From Monocercomonoides exilis PA203 (lineage: Eukaryota; Protista; Preaxostyla), in contig LSRY02000001.1 of the NCBI GenBank assembly GCA_001643675.2, forward strand, positions 1,798,001-1,862,000: 64,000 bases of DNA. The letters run 5' to 3'. This document shows, one piece after another, positions 1 to 14,209 of the stretch. The translations under genes were made by a program, and so were the position numbers. Position 1 is the first letter of the stretch. Every line of letters begins with the position of its first letter. The notes under the pieces are model-generated. The model made no database searches. It had not been told where the DNA came from and saw only the letters and a list, made by a program, of their open reading frames with translations.

Positions 1-2660
1 CAGGAGACAAAGTGAGTGCAGCCAAACAAGCTGAGGAGTGAAAGAAATGAGTTACAGATGAACAGGAAAAAAGAAAATACTTTGAAGATCTTTCAGCTTA
101 TCTTTGATCCAACCACGAAGGCGAAGACCACAAAGATGATTGTTTGCTCGTCACGGAAGATGCCAATTCTCAAAATGCTGTTTGATGATGGGCTTTCTTC
201 TCTTCTCTCTGTGAAATCTGGTGCAAACTCCTCTGAAACGGCTTGCAAGCTGAAAAGAGAAGACGAACAGCTATTGAGCGACCTAGTATCATTCGTTGAA
301 GGTTGACTGATGCTCAATCTGCACATGCGCGTGATTGCTGAAGATGCAAAGGACTGCCAATTCATCAGCCAAAGAATAGCACAGTTGACGACTAAGCAGA
401 AGAAGGCTGAAATGACAGCGGTTGGAACAGAACATTCTTCTGCCTCACTTCGAATGCCTGCTTTTCTGTTTCAATCTTATTATTATCTTCTTCCCTTTCT
501 TCTTTTTTTGAGAATTCTTCAAATTCTTCAAATTCTTCATTTTCTCGAGTCCTTCAGCATGCAACAGACTTTGCTTCTCCTCTTCAGCACCTCAACAATC
601 ATTGCTGTCTTTTGACTCACCTATCTTCTCCATCATGATCTTCTTTCCTCTTCCAAGGCTGTTTTTGTTCTCATGATTGTCTTTCTTGTTGAAGTAGGCT
701 TGCTGATGAGCATCCATTCGAAAGCGATCAACACGATGAACCGTGAAGAAAAAAAGAAATGTTTGAACACAGCATATGAAGATTGCGGAATGCAGTAATG
801 GGCAATTTGCACACTGGAAGTGAGTGTGCCATCAAGCAGACAGCTGGCGAAAGATACAGAACGGTCAATGAATTGAATGATGGAGACGGTAATGTTTCAA
901 AGAGCAGCAGAAGATGCTCTGCTAATTCTGCAACAGCGTCTGTATTGAGGATGAGCGGAAGATATATATCAAAAGAGAGAGAATGAGAATGAGAATGTGA
1001 GAAAGAAAAGGTTGAAGCGATCAAAGCACATGGTTGCGATGAAGAAGTTGGTGAAGAAAGAGAATGCGATCGTGATGGGCACCAAGTTGCTGTTCATGTG
1101 GTGCACCATCGAAGCAACCTTGAGAGATGTCCCATTCCACAAAACACCCATTGTCTCAGTTTTCATTATATCCGTCTTTTTCAAACAAATCACGATCGAT
1201 GAAAGTTTCATTAAAAATGTGTTGAAGTTGGCAGTGGGGAAGATAGCTTTTCTTTCTTCTCTCCCTCTCTTCGACTTTTTTCACAGAGCATATCTCAACA
1301 AGAGCGAGAGGAGCTTCATCAAGTGCGCCTGTGATGGGGAAGAGTTTATCACGAACAACAACACAGGAACCTCCTTTGATAATTCATATCCTCTATCTCA
1401 CACACCGAAAAACTTGTCTGAAATGGCGAATGCGACCATCCATTTTAACTAACAGCTCATCTTCACAGCTGGTTTAAGGAGCAAAGAGCACTTCCACAAA
1501 AAGCCTCAGCTGTCTCTTGAGTTGGATGTCAGTCTTGTGTTTAACTTTGCAGACGGGATTTTAACCTTCCACAAACTTCATTTGAAGCTCGAGAGCGGAA
1601 AAGAAGATTTTAAAGGAGAGGCACTGAAGGTTCAAAGGTTGTTCTTGCAGATCTATTCGAACAAACAGAGGGAGAAAGAAAAGAAGGGCTAATTTGTTTT
1701 TGGAAAGGGGAAGAATGCTGTGAGACATTAACAACAAGCAACTTCTTCTTATTTCAATTCGTCTCTATCATTGTTAATTGAACACTCGTCCAACCTGTTT
1801 CACAAAGTGAACATGTTTATATACAGTCACCAAAGACAGGCACTTGGGAGATTTCACAAATTCCTCGTTTTGTGTTCCATTTCTGCTCGCAACTTCAGCT
1901 CAAGTGGACTGAAGAGATGTGGGATCATTTCTTTGTTCGAGGCACCTATCTTGGAATAATAACGATAAGGAAATTGAACAGAAGAGGGGAATTATTTGTA
2001 TTTCTGAATCAGAAGAATCAACTGAGCTTATGCTTTATCTCCTCAAAAAAACACTAAACTCTATCTGCTTTGTGTTTCTCTTATTTTCTCAAGGCACAGT
2101 TTTCTGCTTGTTGTTGTGCCTATAGGCCTTTCCAACATGTTGCTGCCTCATCATATCTGAAACCTCCTCCAGTGCCTCATATGCCCCATATGCATCCGCT
2201 TCAAATGGCTGTTTGGTCTCAAAAGGGAAATCAAAAAAGGTTCGATGCACTTGAGCTTCTGGATAACAACGCTTCTTCGCGCTGGTCAATACATCAGTTC
2301 AGCTAGATCTCTTCCTCCCTTAATGTTCATTGAACTCCATTCTATTAACCAATTTTTTCACTTCGTTTGTTTTCGAGTTGTTCTGATTGTTCCACTTGTT
2401 GAAGTCATATCTTTAACTTCTTTTTCTTCCAAACCTCTTTTTCTCTTTCTTCTTGTTCTTTGTTGAAGAAGCAACAATTTTTTCGTTGATCAAGCTGCAT
2501 CATATCAACACCAAATAATCTTTCCCATGACCTCATTCGTTGCATTATCGGCAACTGAATTCCTTCAATTTGTTGTTCTTAATTCCAGCAGTTTGAGGAT
2601 GCGAAAGGAAAGGAGCAAGCAGCATGGAGTGAATAAGATCAACACTTCATCATCTATTTT
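1..2660. repeat. Dispersed duplication, copy A (runs off window start); likely decayed coding sequence
   Basis: Aligns by eye with 49687-52245 plus 53995-54090. No long intact ORF. Contains the empty site ctgaattcc for the foldback insertion in copy B. Confidence 0.9.
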
Positions 2661-3353
2661 ATGATAAAAATATTTTTAAACTTCATTCTATGAAATAACC
2701 GATTTTAAATAGCAAGTCATCAATCACATTTTATTGAATAACAAAATACAAAAATTTTTTCCCAATAATTATTTTAAAGTTTCTTTGGTGAAAAATTAGA
2801 AATGCAACTATTTTTTGAATGAAAATGAATTCTTTTTCTTTTTGAATTGAATTCAATTATAAAATTTTCAATTTTTAGGAATGAATTCTTATAAATAAAA
2901 AAATGTCAATTAAAAATAATGATAAACACAGTGTGTGGATGAGATAAAAATTAAGAGAATTTTTTCTCAGAAGCACAAGTTATTCATTCCACAAAACAGA
3001 AAATTTTCCTATTTGAAATCGATTTATTCTTTTTCGAAATCGAATTAATATATTACGAAATTGAATTATTATTTTTCGAATTAGAATTATTTTTTGTATT
3101 GATATTCGAAAAAAATGAAGTTTAATACGCTTTTCACTTGGTTTTCCCCAAATTTCAATCATTTCTTATCAGTTGGCCTGATTTAAATTTCAGAAATGAC
3201 TTTTAATTTTCATTGATCCAACATTTAATACTGGCAAAAAAAACAATAACAGATCAAAAGCACCAACATTATCCTTTCGATTTGAATAAATCATCAAAAT
3301 CAGTTGACATGTTTGTTTATTGTTGACAATGAGGATTTTTTTCAACCTTATGA

Positions 3354-4841
3354 ATGATTAAACGTTTGAATTTGAAGAGAATAGAACAGAGGAAAATGGA
3401 TTCTTCGGATAATTGTAAATCATCAATTCAGTTGAAGAACACAAGAAAAGAGGAAAAAATACAAAGTTTGAATTCTGTTTTTTGTGAAAATGTCTTTCTT
3501 TTTTGCTCAGAACTGCTTGCTGAGCTTGAGGGATACAGCAGTGGGGAGCAAAAGCAAAAAATTGGTGAAATTAATGATGTGATGGACGAGATGAACAGTT
3601 CAGAATTGTATTTTGTTCTTACAACTGGACTGTTCAACGATATTAACAGAATGAATGAAGATGCCAAATTGACTTTAGAAAATGCCTTTTTGCTTTTGAA
3701 GCATATGGGATATAATAATGCGTTGAAAGGCTTGCTGAGTAACTGCTTTTACGAATCTTTGTTGAGAAAAAATTTTGAAAGGATGATAATTGAAGAAGAA
3801 AAGAAAAAAGAAAAAAGGAACGAAAAACTGCAATGTGATCTTTGTGAATGCTTCTTTTTATTGCATAACAAATATGTGATTCTTCCAGAAACTGTGATTG
3901 AAATTTGCGTTCCTTGCCTTCTGAATGCTGCACAAAAAAATAGCAAAGATGAGGAAGTTCAAAAAGAAGTGGAAATGACTTTGCTTGCATTAAGCCAATT
4001 GTTCAAAGAAACGGTTTGCATATTTTTGGATTATTTGAAATGTTGAGTATTTTAATTTATTGAAATAAAGATAATAGAAAAAGACCTTTATTTTCATGAA
4101 ATAGTGGATATTATTAAATATCATCAAGAGCATAATAACCTCACTCAACTTGCATATCAGTCGGCTTGGGAGTTCTTTTTGGACAGATTACAATGGAAAG
4201 AAAAAATAGAAGGGATTATTTTAAATGAACTTCACATTGTCGAAGAAGCAAAAAGAGAACTGAAATCACTTTTTGAGTTCATTGATTGGAAGAGAAGAGA
4301 AGAAGAAAAGGAGAAGTGTGCAATTGAAATGAAAGAGGAGATTGTTTTGATGAAATGGCTTCGAACGTTGGATAATTATTTTCGCTCATTAGATTTTTGG
4401 TTTGAAGAATGCTCTGAGCTTATCAACATCGTAGTGTGGGTGTACAGATTCACAAAGGATAATTTTGTTAGAATAGCACATCAATGCATTGTGATTATTG
4501 CAGGAATATCAAGAAACTATTTTTTACAACATGATGCCTTGTTGAAAAGTGGAGCTGTGGATGCTGTTTTGGAAGGGCTTCAAATTCCAACGAAGGATCA
4601 AGTCATAGCATGGTGTTGTTTGACTTTCTTTTTGAATCTTTTCAGAAGATTGTCTGTGAATATAGGGAAAATAACAAAGAAAGCCGAACATAAAAAGAAG
4701 ATGAGAGAAGTATTTGTGATGCTAGAAGAAGAAGGATTCGAAGATATCATTATTAGTTATCATTCATTAATTCGATTGTCGAAATTAAGTTTTGATTATT
4801 CTCTTCCTGAATGTTGCGAAGATTATTTTTTGCACATTTGA
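3354..4841 (+). CDS. Lineage-specific helical protein family, copy 1; introns about 3466-3510 and 4014-4070
   Basis: Shared motifs EVEMxLLALS, HxNLTxLAYQSAWEF and EEEG[FY]ED. GTTTG...AG introns at the same positions as in paralogs give a continuous frame. Start codon uncertain. Confidence 0.8.
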
Positions 4842-5363
4842 ATCAATTATCTTTTTTTCCTTTTCTTGATTCAAGTCAAGTGATTCTTTGAAGGGAGTTC
4901 ATTAAAGTCTGATTTCATTTTGAATTGGCAATCCTATCAATGAAAACAGAATAATATGTTTGAAGAAAGCGTTCTTTTTGATTTTTCTGTTTGGTTTTAT
5001 TTGCAATATGGAAAATATAATTCATCAAACGTTAAAACAATATCATTGTGAAATAGAAACAAAAAAATGATGAATCTTTCACCGTTCTTTTGAACAAAGT
5101 TGAGGAACTAATGGTATTTCAACTTTAAAGATATTTCATAAACATCATTTTATTTTATCTACATTTCCTTCAAAAACTGTTAACTTCTCCACAGAGACTG
5201 AAGTGAAGAATTTTTTCAATATTTTTTGATTATTTAATGAGATGCTCAGGAAAAAGTTTGTACTTCATTCTCAAATGCAGTTTTTAAAAGCAGATGCAGT
5301 AAAAAAAGGGGGATGACACAGTGAAACAGAAAGAAAATAAAAATTTCAAAATAAATGTGTGAT

Positions 5364-6830
5364 TCAGCAATAAACAAAATAATATTCATAATTCTCTGGC
5401 AAAATACTGAAATAATATTCGTTGAGAAAATAAAATATTTCTTGAAAACCTGTGATAATATCTTCGTATCCTTCTTCTTCGAATCTTTCAAATATCTTCG
5501 TTTTTGTTGCTTTTCTTTTTGCTTCGTCGTTTTCATCTTTATCTTTTTCTTTCATTCTTCTTGAAATTTCAATAAAGAAGTAAAAACAATTATTCATCAC
5601 ATTATCATTGATTGCTGATTGCTGAAGCTCATCCAAAACAGCATCAATAGCACCACTTTTCAACAAGTCATCAATTTTCACATTTCTATTATCTGTTGCT
5701 GCATGGAAAAAAACAATGCATTGATTTTGAATATCTGTATTTATCCTCTTGGATGATCTCAACAACTGTACAACACCTTCGATTAGTCCAATATATTCTT
5801 CATTCCATTGGTTGCTCGATTCAAAATATGTCTTCAAACTTTGAAGCCATCTTCTGATTGATAGCTCATCTTTCACTTCCTTTCCTCTTTCTTCTTCTTT
5901 TCTCTTCCAATCCACACTCTTCGACAACTCTTCCAGTTCTTTTGATTCTTCTCTCAAAAAATGCAGTTCATTCACAATTACTTCTTCCAAGCTTTTGTCA
6001 GTGTATAATCTGTCTATCAAAAATTCCCAAGCAGATTGATATGCCAATCGAGTCAGATTTCTATGCTCCTGGTGAAATTTTATGATTTCTATGATCTCAC
6101 TCACATAAAGTTCTTTTGGCACTTCCTTATCAAAAAAACAAGGAAAAAGAAGATAAATATCAAGAAAATCGAATAGCTTAGACATTAAATTCAAACATGA
6201 AGTCTATCAATCCTGCTCAAAGCCGAAAGAGCTATTTCCACTTCTTTTCTTGTTTCCTCGCTTTCATCTTTGTTTGAAGCTTCTTTGAGAATGCAAGAAA
6301 TACATGTCATTTGCAGCTCACCCCATAATGATGCTCCTAAAATGCAAAATGATTCACAAAGATCAACAAGAAGTTTTTCATTTTTTCCTTCCCTTTTCTT
6401 ACCTTCTTCAACAATCGTCCTCTCAAATTTTTGCCTTAGCAAAGAAAGAGAAAAATTATCACTCCATATATTAATATCGAATTTGCAATAAACTAAGTGC
6501 TTCAACAACAAAAACGTATTTTCCATTGACAGTTTATTATCTTCGTTCATATTGTTTATGTCGTTAAACACTTCTATTGAGAAAACTGAATTCAATTCTT
6601 TCAAGTCCATCCTTTCTATTGCTTTGATCATTTCCCCAATAATCTGCTTTTGCTTATTAATAACACAGCATTTCAGTTCAGCAAACAATTCTTGTCGAAT
6701 TGAATGAAGAAGTTCAAAAAAAACTATTTTTTAAAAAATTCAAACCTTCAAACTCCTTTCCTGGAGTCCTCTCTTGTATTCTCTCAACAGACTTGTAATT
6801 TTCAAAAGCCTTCATTCTGTTTTGGTTCAT
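5364..6830 (-). CDS. Same family, copy 2; introns 6691-6745 and 6126-6196
   Basis: ATG at 6830; spliced frame reads KEFEE-LFAE and DRLH-EVPKELY; family motifs present. Confidence 0.8.
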
Positions 6831-7318
6831 AATATTTTATGCATTCGTCATGCTTTTTCAATAAATTGAATAATCAGCAAAAGCAAACAATTTTCTTTCT
6901 CTTGCAAAATGAAAATACTATGGATTCAATGCAAGTTGCTGCACTTCAAAAAAACAAATGTGTAATATGCAACGGTAACAAAACCATGATCAAAGCTGTA
7001 TCTGAACAGAAAATCACACCTTTTTTTCCTTTTGATCAAACCAGCACTCGTAAAATTTGGAGATTAATTCATTTTTTGAAAAAAGAAATAAAATCATCAT
7101 TTAAAATTATTCAATTGATTGTTTTCAGTTTTGTGAAACGAATAAAAATAGAAAAAGATAAAAATTTGGAGTTCCAAAAAACGAATGAGAAAAAATTATA
7201 CATTTCAAAAAATAAAAATATACAGAAATATTCAGAAATACACAGAAATTTACAGAAATATATATATATATATATAAGCATAATTTTTGAGCTACAAAAT
7301 CAAATGAAAAGACTTTGG

Positions 7319-8780
7319 TCAAACATTCACAAAATAATCAGAAATATTCAATAATAAATTATCATAATATTTTTCATTAACAAAAGAAATAACTCCATAA
7401 AAGCTTGTGTTGCAATCTTCATATCCTTCTTCTTCCGTCCTTTCGAACAATTGCCTTTTCAATTCTTTTCTTTCCGCTTCTTCCATTTCATTATTTTTCA
7501 CTTCTTCATTTTCATCATCTTCTTCTTCCATTTTATAATCCGTCTTTTCTTTCAACCTCCGTAAAATATTCATAAAGAAATGCAAACAATTCCAAATAAT
7601 TTCATCATCCAAAGTTGATTGATTCATTTCCCCTAAAAGCATACATACAGCACCTTCATTCAACAAAGCTCCAATTTTCGCTTTTCTCTTTTCTGCCCCT
7701 CTTCTTAATACAAAAGCGCATCTATCGCATATTTCTCTGTCATTATCCTTTGCTGCATAAAATGTCTGAACAATGCTGCCAATAAGCCCAGCATGTTCTT
7801 CATTCCATAATTCGCATGAGATTATGTAACACTCAATAACATCGAGCCATCTCCAAATCAAGGGAACTTTCACTTCTGTGTTTCCTTTTTCCTCTTCTTT
7901 TCTCTTCCAATCCTCATTTCTTATCAACTCTTCCAATTCTCTTTTAGCTTCTCTCACAAAATGAAGTTCATTCCCAATAATTTGTTTCAAATTACTATCA
8001 TACTGAAATCTATAAATCAAAAACTCCCAAGCAGACTGATAGGCAAGTTGTGTCAGATTATGATGCTCCTGATGATATCTGATGATTTCAGTAATCTCAT
8101 TTAAATACAGTTCTCGCTTAACAAACTAATAATAATGAATGACAAAAATTCAAAAATATCAAAAAATGAAAAAAATACTCATACGTGATACATGTGAAAG
8201 CAACTCAAAGCGAACAAAGCCATTTCCACCTCTTTCTGAGTTTCCTTGCATTTTTCTTTCTTCAATACAACTTTCAGAAAACAACGCGCACATATCAAAG
8301 CCATTTCTATTGGTGCATCACTCTTTAGCAGCATTAAATAGCATTCGCAATAATCAATAAAATGCTTTTCATCCTTTTCTTCTTCTTTTCTCTCATTTTC
8401 ATCAACAATCAACTTTTCTAATCTTTTGCATAACAAAGATTTTTCAAAGCATAAATACCAGATATTTTTCAGCCTGCTGCAATATCCAACATGTTTTAGC
8501 AACAAAATTGAATTCCCCATCATCATTATCTTTTCTTCTATCATTTTGTGCATTTCATTGAACAGTTCTGTTTTAACCACAGAATTAAATTCTTCTTCCT
8601 CCATTCTATCAATTATTTCATTCATTTCAAGAATTTTCTGTTTCTGTTCAATTTCATTACAATCTTCAAGCTCAGAAAACAATTCTTCAAAAAGAAAAGA
8701 AATTCTACAAGTACAAAAAGGCCAATCAAAAGAAATAAATTACAAACTCGAAAACTTTTCTGTTAATGGAGTCTTTCATT
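7319..8780 (-). CDS. Same family, copy 3; introns 8685-8747 and 8126-8184; first exon may be frameshifted
   Basis: Spliced frame reads TEKFSK-LFSELE and HMYH-FVKRELY. The nearest ATG is out of frame with TPLTEKFS. Confidence 0.7.
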
Positions 8781-9150
8781 TGAATCAAAAAGAGAATCGA
8801 AGGCAATAAGTAACCAGATTTCCAGAAGTCATTTCGCAAAAGAATTGACAAGAAACCGTGAAGCAGAAGAATTATCTTGTTTTAAAATATTGAACAAACA
8901 ACTTTCATGATCGTTTGAATTTGTCCTTTCATCTCCAACACAGTAAAGAATAAGTTTCCTTTTGTGAATATTTTATAATAGGAACTTTTGATCATATCGA
9001 GATTTCGAAACTCAAATGAGCAAGATTGAAAGCTTTAACTTCAAAATGAAAAGAAAATGTGCTTTATTGCAGCGTGTGTAATTTCCATTGTTTTCTTTGT
9101 CATCATATTTTCAATTAATTCATTTCTGATAGTCATTTGATGTTCAATTT

Positions 9151-10118
9151 GGTCAGTAATTTATCGTTGCCCAAAAAATTAATCGGTACCTAAATTTTTG
9201 GTTATCAAGAGCACTTTTTGATAAAAATAAATAATAGAAATTTTTGAATATATTATATTGAGATATTTCTGAAAAAATTTTTTTTGTTTTTAAAATCTCA
9301 GTGAAAAGATCTTGCATTTTTTGTTTTATTTTTTGGATCAAAGACTTGCACATATTTCAATGAGCTTTTTATTTTGAGTGTTTTGAGTTATATCACTGTT
9401 AATAAACTGAACATTTTTATGCTTTTGGTTATTTTTTGATATTTAACACTTCGTATTTTTATTCCTTTTTCCATATCAATAAATTTCAACAAATCAAAGA
9501 ATACATTTGAATAAATAAGATTTTTCGTCAATTTAAAAAGCGAAAATATGAAAGTATTTAACAAATAAAGGTTATCAAATGAAAGAAAACTTTTCATTTT
9601 CAAATATCGTGATTGTTATTCAATTAACCTAGTTTTTTGAGTATTTTTGTTTCGCATGCTTAAATTCAAATTATTTCATTTCATAATTTTAGAAACGCAC
9701 ATTTCAATCATTTTTTCACAGCTGTTATTCAACTTATAAAAACTTAGCAACTTCAATCCAACATTTGTTTCTAATTTTTATCGAAATTTTGGGAAATGGT
9801 AAAAGGAATAAAAATACGAAGTGTTAAATATCAAAAAATAACCAAAAGCATAAAAATGTTCAGTTTATTAACAGTGATATAACTCAAAACACTCAAAATA
9901 AAAAGCTCATTGAAATATGTGCAAGTCTTTGATCCAAAAAATAAAACAAAAAATGCAAGATCTTTTCACTGAGATTTCAAAAACAAAAAAATATTTTCAG
10001 GAATTGCACATATAATCATTTTGAAGATTTCCTATTATTTCTTTTTTTCTTTAAGTGCTCTAGAGAGCCAGAAAATTAATTTACCGATAAAAAAAGGGAT
10101 ATGATAAATAACTCACCC
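9151..10118. mobile_element. Non-autonomous foldback/MITE-like element with long inverted repeats
   Basis: Matching arms 9293-9469 and 9801-9977 (177 bp). Degenerate outer arms end in ggtcagtaattt and aaataactcaccc. No clear TSD. Confidence 0.7.
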
Positions 10119-11125
10119 AACAACAAAAATTTCGTTTATATCGAGATTTATTCAGTGAAATAGTGAAAATCTAAATTGAAAACTTAAAAAAGTTCAAAAT
10201 TTTATCAATTTTGTGAACTTGCATTTTCAGAAGTGATTGAATGTTTGTTTTCAAAATGGATAATTGAACGTTGGGTGGTTTTTTTATCCGATCATTTTTA
10301 TTGAAAAGCATGCACCAAAAATTTTTCAAAATAATAAATTTGCAATCAAATAAATAATTTTTGCATTCGAAATGAAAATGAATTTTGTTTTCACAGGAAT
10401 ATAAATATATTGAAATTATTCAAATTCTCAGGAAAAATTATTAATTCCAAAAAATTATCAAAGGCACAATAAAATTATAACAACACAAAATAATTTACAA
10501 TTCAAAGATGGAAGACTGATTTTCACAAAATTTCTTGAGAATACGAATAAATTTTTGTTAGGTTTTAACAATTATTATTTCGAATTAAAAAATTATTATT
10601 TCGTTTGCAAATTTTCCATTTTGAATGCAATTTTTATTATTTTGAACGCTTTAATTCTCATTTTGAATAATTTTTGGTGTATCTTACAAAATAAAAACCA
10701 AAGGAATAATGCGACTGAAAGGATTCTTAACAAATTAATAACTAGCTTTTCGAAAAGGCTGATTGTTTTCAAGAATACTTTCATCAACACTCTTTGGTGA
10801 TGATAATATGTTTTATTTATCAGTAAACTTTTGCAGGGTTTTCTTTCTCAAAAACAACTGTTTCATAGTCAAAAATTTGAATAAGTTTTTTTGAAAAATT
10901 AATTAAATAACTATTAAAAAACATTTTTAGGTGTAATAATCAGTTAATAAGGTCTGTTTGGAAATGTCAGGGCTGATAATAACTCAATTTAAGTATAATA
11001 ATGAAGTTTGAAATAAGTTTTTAAAAAACTTAAGATTTGTATAAAAAAACTATTCAAACATTTTTCGTTTTGATCAACAGGCTATTATTTACCTAATACA
11101 TCATAAAAGAACATTTCTTTTTTTC

Positions 11126-11146
11126 ATTTATTTTATTTTATTTTTT

Positions 11147-11179
<33 letters not shown>

Positions 11180-11243
11180 TTTTATTTTTATTTTTATTTT
11201 TATTTTTATTTTTATTTTTTATTTTTTATTTTATTTTTTTTTT
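11126..11243. repeat. (TTTTTA)n-type microsatellite
   Basis: Read directly from sequence. Confidence 0.9.
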
Positions 11244-11382
11244 TGTTGTTTCATCATGGAGCTAACGAAAAAATGGGGTACACCCTAAGAAGCACCTTGC
11301 CAAACTGAAAAAAGAAAAAGCATATTGCACAAAATTTGAAAACGTATTAAATATTCCGATAAATTTTTTTCATAATAAATCC

Positions 11383-12708
11383 TGTTTTTGTTGAAGATCA
11401 AAAATTATTTTTTTTAATGTTTTTGATCATTTGTTTTGCTTGTTTTTATGTAACTCTCTTTCTTTGTTTATTTTTGATTTCAAGGTCATAAAACACACAT
11501 AACGGAATTTTATTATTTCAAATGTTACACCATTTATTATTCAAAATTGTTAAACTTATTATTCGAAATTGGTAAACTTCTTATCCAAAATTAGTGAAAT
11601 TGAGTATTTTTTTAAAAAAAATTTTTTTTTGTGTAAAATTGGTTTTTGGCTGAATATCAGAAAATATTGAAAATATTATATTCACTCAATATTCGAAAAA
11701 TAGATGAGAATTTGAACCCAGATTTTTATTATTTGTGAATAAACATGAAATTTTCTGATTTTTTAGTAAAAAATAATCATCATCGAAATAGGATATTTTT
11801 TGAATTATTTCACCTCACATCGATAAATAATGCTTAAAACAAACAAGAAAAAAATTTTAAATCAGTTTTTCAAACAAAATTCAAATGTTGTTCACAACTT
11901 CATAAATCCATAAATGCATTTTCGGAATTCTTCTATTGTTATTTATTGTTTATCTTAAGATCTTCAATTTCAAATAACATTTCATGATTGATTTATTCAT
12001 AATTTAACAATATGTTGTTAATTCATTTCATGATTATTTTATTTCCATGGTGATGATTTTTTTCTAAAAAACCAGAAAATTTCATGTTTATTCACAAATA
12101 ATAAAAATCTGGGTTCAAATTCTCATCTATTTTTCGAATATTGAGTGAATATAATATTTTCAATATTTTCTGATATTCAGCCAAAAACCAATTTTACACA
12201 AAAAAAAATTTTTTTTAAAAAAATACTCAATTTCACTAATTTTGGATAAGAAGTTTACCAATTTCGAATAATAAGTGGGTGATTATTTTTGAAATCATAA
12301 CTTTTTTCGGGGTGTCAATTTTTCATTTTCATTTGTCGTTGGGAAGAGATTTTGTATTCTATTTGAGAATTTTTACAACAACTGTTTAAAAAACAAATGC
12401 AAAAGCAGAAATAAAAATCATGATATTGTTTTTCTAGCCTTTTCTCTTTTAAGTGTTCTTTTGTTTATATAAAGGAGAAATATTCAAACCGAAAATTTAA
12501 TAAGAAATAATATCACATCAAAAATAATCACCCAAGTTTAACAATTTTGAATAATAAATGGTGTAACATTTGAAATAATAAAATTCCGTTATGTGTGTTT
12601 TATGACCTTGAAATCAAAAATAAACAAAGAAAGAGAGTTACATAAAAACAAGCAAAACAAATGATCAAAAACATTAAAAAAAATAATTTTTGATCTTCAA
12701 CAAAAACA
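11383..12708. repeat. Long inverted repeat with 375-bp arms; right arm interrupted by a MITE
   Basis: 11383-11757 is the reverse complement of 12073-12708 once 12277-12537 is removed (636-261=375). Confidence 0.9.
12277..12533. mobile_element. 257-bp MITE, TIR gggtgattatttttga, 4-bp TSD aagt
   Basis: Perfect 16-bp TIR; aagt at 12273-12276 and 12534-12537; the opposite IR arm shows the empty site. Confidence 0.93.
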
Positions 12709-12825
12709 AAAATTGAAACAAAAATTCTTGCACTGTCAAAAAACAGTATAATAAGCGTGTGAAAGTTTGCTTTTTGAATTTTTGAAAATTTATTTCTTCT
12801 GTTTCAGCGAACAAAAATAGTTACC

Positions 12826-14209
12826 TGCACAAGGGTTCGATATGGGAGTTTTCAAAACTCCTTAAAACATATTTATTTGTAATTAATATGATCACTAATC
12901 ATCATTATTCATGACAATAACCATCGGAAATCCATAATTATAATTTTCAAATATTTTTTGAAAAAGGTCAATTTCAAGTTGTTATGGGTTGTGATCAAAA
13001 TTGATTTATTGAAATGGCAATGCATGATCTTCAGATAATTAAACCTCATCAGCTGGATAATGTTTTCACAGACGAAGACGGAGCGTGAAGGTGGTTTAAC
13101 GAGAATGTTTTGAAAAACGAAGCGAAAATTTGCGTTTGTAGCAAAAGAAAAATGATTGTTCTTAAAGGCGAAAAGTTTTACAGATATTGGTGCTGTTCAA
13201 AATGCAATAGAAAGAAATCTGTTTATGATGAAACAGTTTTCACTGGGAATAAATTAGGATTAGGGAAGGTTTTTAGAATCATTTTGTGGTATTGGGAAGG
13301 TGCAAACATAAAGTTCATTTCGAAAATACTGGGAGTGGATACGAAAACTGTTGGATTTTGGCGCAGCGTCGTCAGAGTTTCATATATGGAAATTTGGAAT
13401 TTACATCAAAATCCAATAGGAGGAGAAGGAAAAGTGGTTGAAATTGACGAGGCTGTGTGGAGGAGAAGAAAATATAAGAGAGGAAGAAGAAAGGAACACA
13501 TTTGGATATTTGGTGGGGTTGAAAGGTTGAAGGGAGGTAGAGCTGGTCCTCGTTTTGTGAATGTTGTGCATAATAGAAAGAGGGAAACTCTTCTTCCCAT
13601 CATTTTGGAAACAATTCGAAGTGGGACTCCAATTATGAGCGACGAGTGGAAAGCACACTCCTCTTTGGATCAATAAGATTTCACTCATAGAACTGCATGC
13701 CATAAAAGAAATTTTGTTGATCCAGTAACGGGTGCGTGCACCAATACAATAGAGGACTTGTGGGGTGCATTGCGCAAATCATTCCCTCAGTATGGAGTGA
13801 GAAAATCATTGATTGCAGATCAATTAGATATGTTTCTGGTAAAAACTTCTTCGAAATTTAAATTTCAAGATATTTCACCTACTTTCGTTTTGTATAAAGC
13901 GGTGGAAAAGCCAGCAGAAGATCTTGCGGAAAAGTTAGTCGATGATGAAGATACCGAAATCTCTCAAATTGAAGATATTTTGGGAGATGAAGAAACTGGA
14001 GAAGAATCGTCAGGGTTTGAGACAGAAGAATAAAAAACTTCAGATAATGAATCGTAATTGATTTTTTAATTTTTTTCTCATTTTTTATTTCTCACGTTCA
14101 CACATTTCCGATGATTATAAAGATGAATAATGATGATTAGTGATCATATTAATTACAAATAAATATGTTTTAAGGAGTTTTTAAAACTCCCATATCGTAC
14201 CCATATGCC
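12826..14209 (+). mobile_element. Merlin/IS1595-type DNA transposon, copy 1
   Basis: About 105-bp TIRs (12826-12930, 14104-14209); imperfect 8-bp TSD tagttacc/ttattacc; internal transposase remnant. Confidence 0.88.
13014..14033 (+). pseudogene. ISXO2/IS1595-like (Merlin) DDE transposase with 2 in-frame stops
   Basis: Motifs VEIDEA, KYKRGR, WIFGGVER, SDEW, H..NFVDP.TG..TNTIE; N-terminal Cys cluster and acidic tail; stops TGA 13086 and TAA 13674; no frameshift. Confidence 0.9.

Noticed and set aside
1-2660. LTR pair with 49687-54090
   Set aside because: No gag/pol between the copies, no clear termini or TSD, and about 47 kb of ordinary genes in between.
3010-11600. About 21-bp periodic AT-rich repeats at 3010-3110, 10560-10670 and 11530-11590 as a CRISPR-like array
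   Set aside because: Degenerate tandem units with no spacers and no cas genes; eukaryotic context.
12826-14209. Bacterial IS1595 contamination
   Set aside because: Embedded with a TSD among intron-containing genes; consistent with eukaryotic Merlin.
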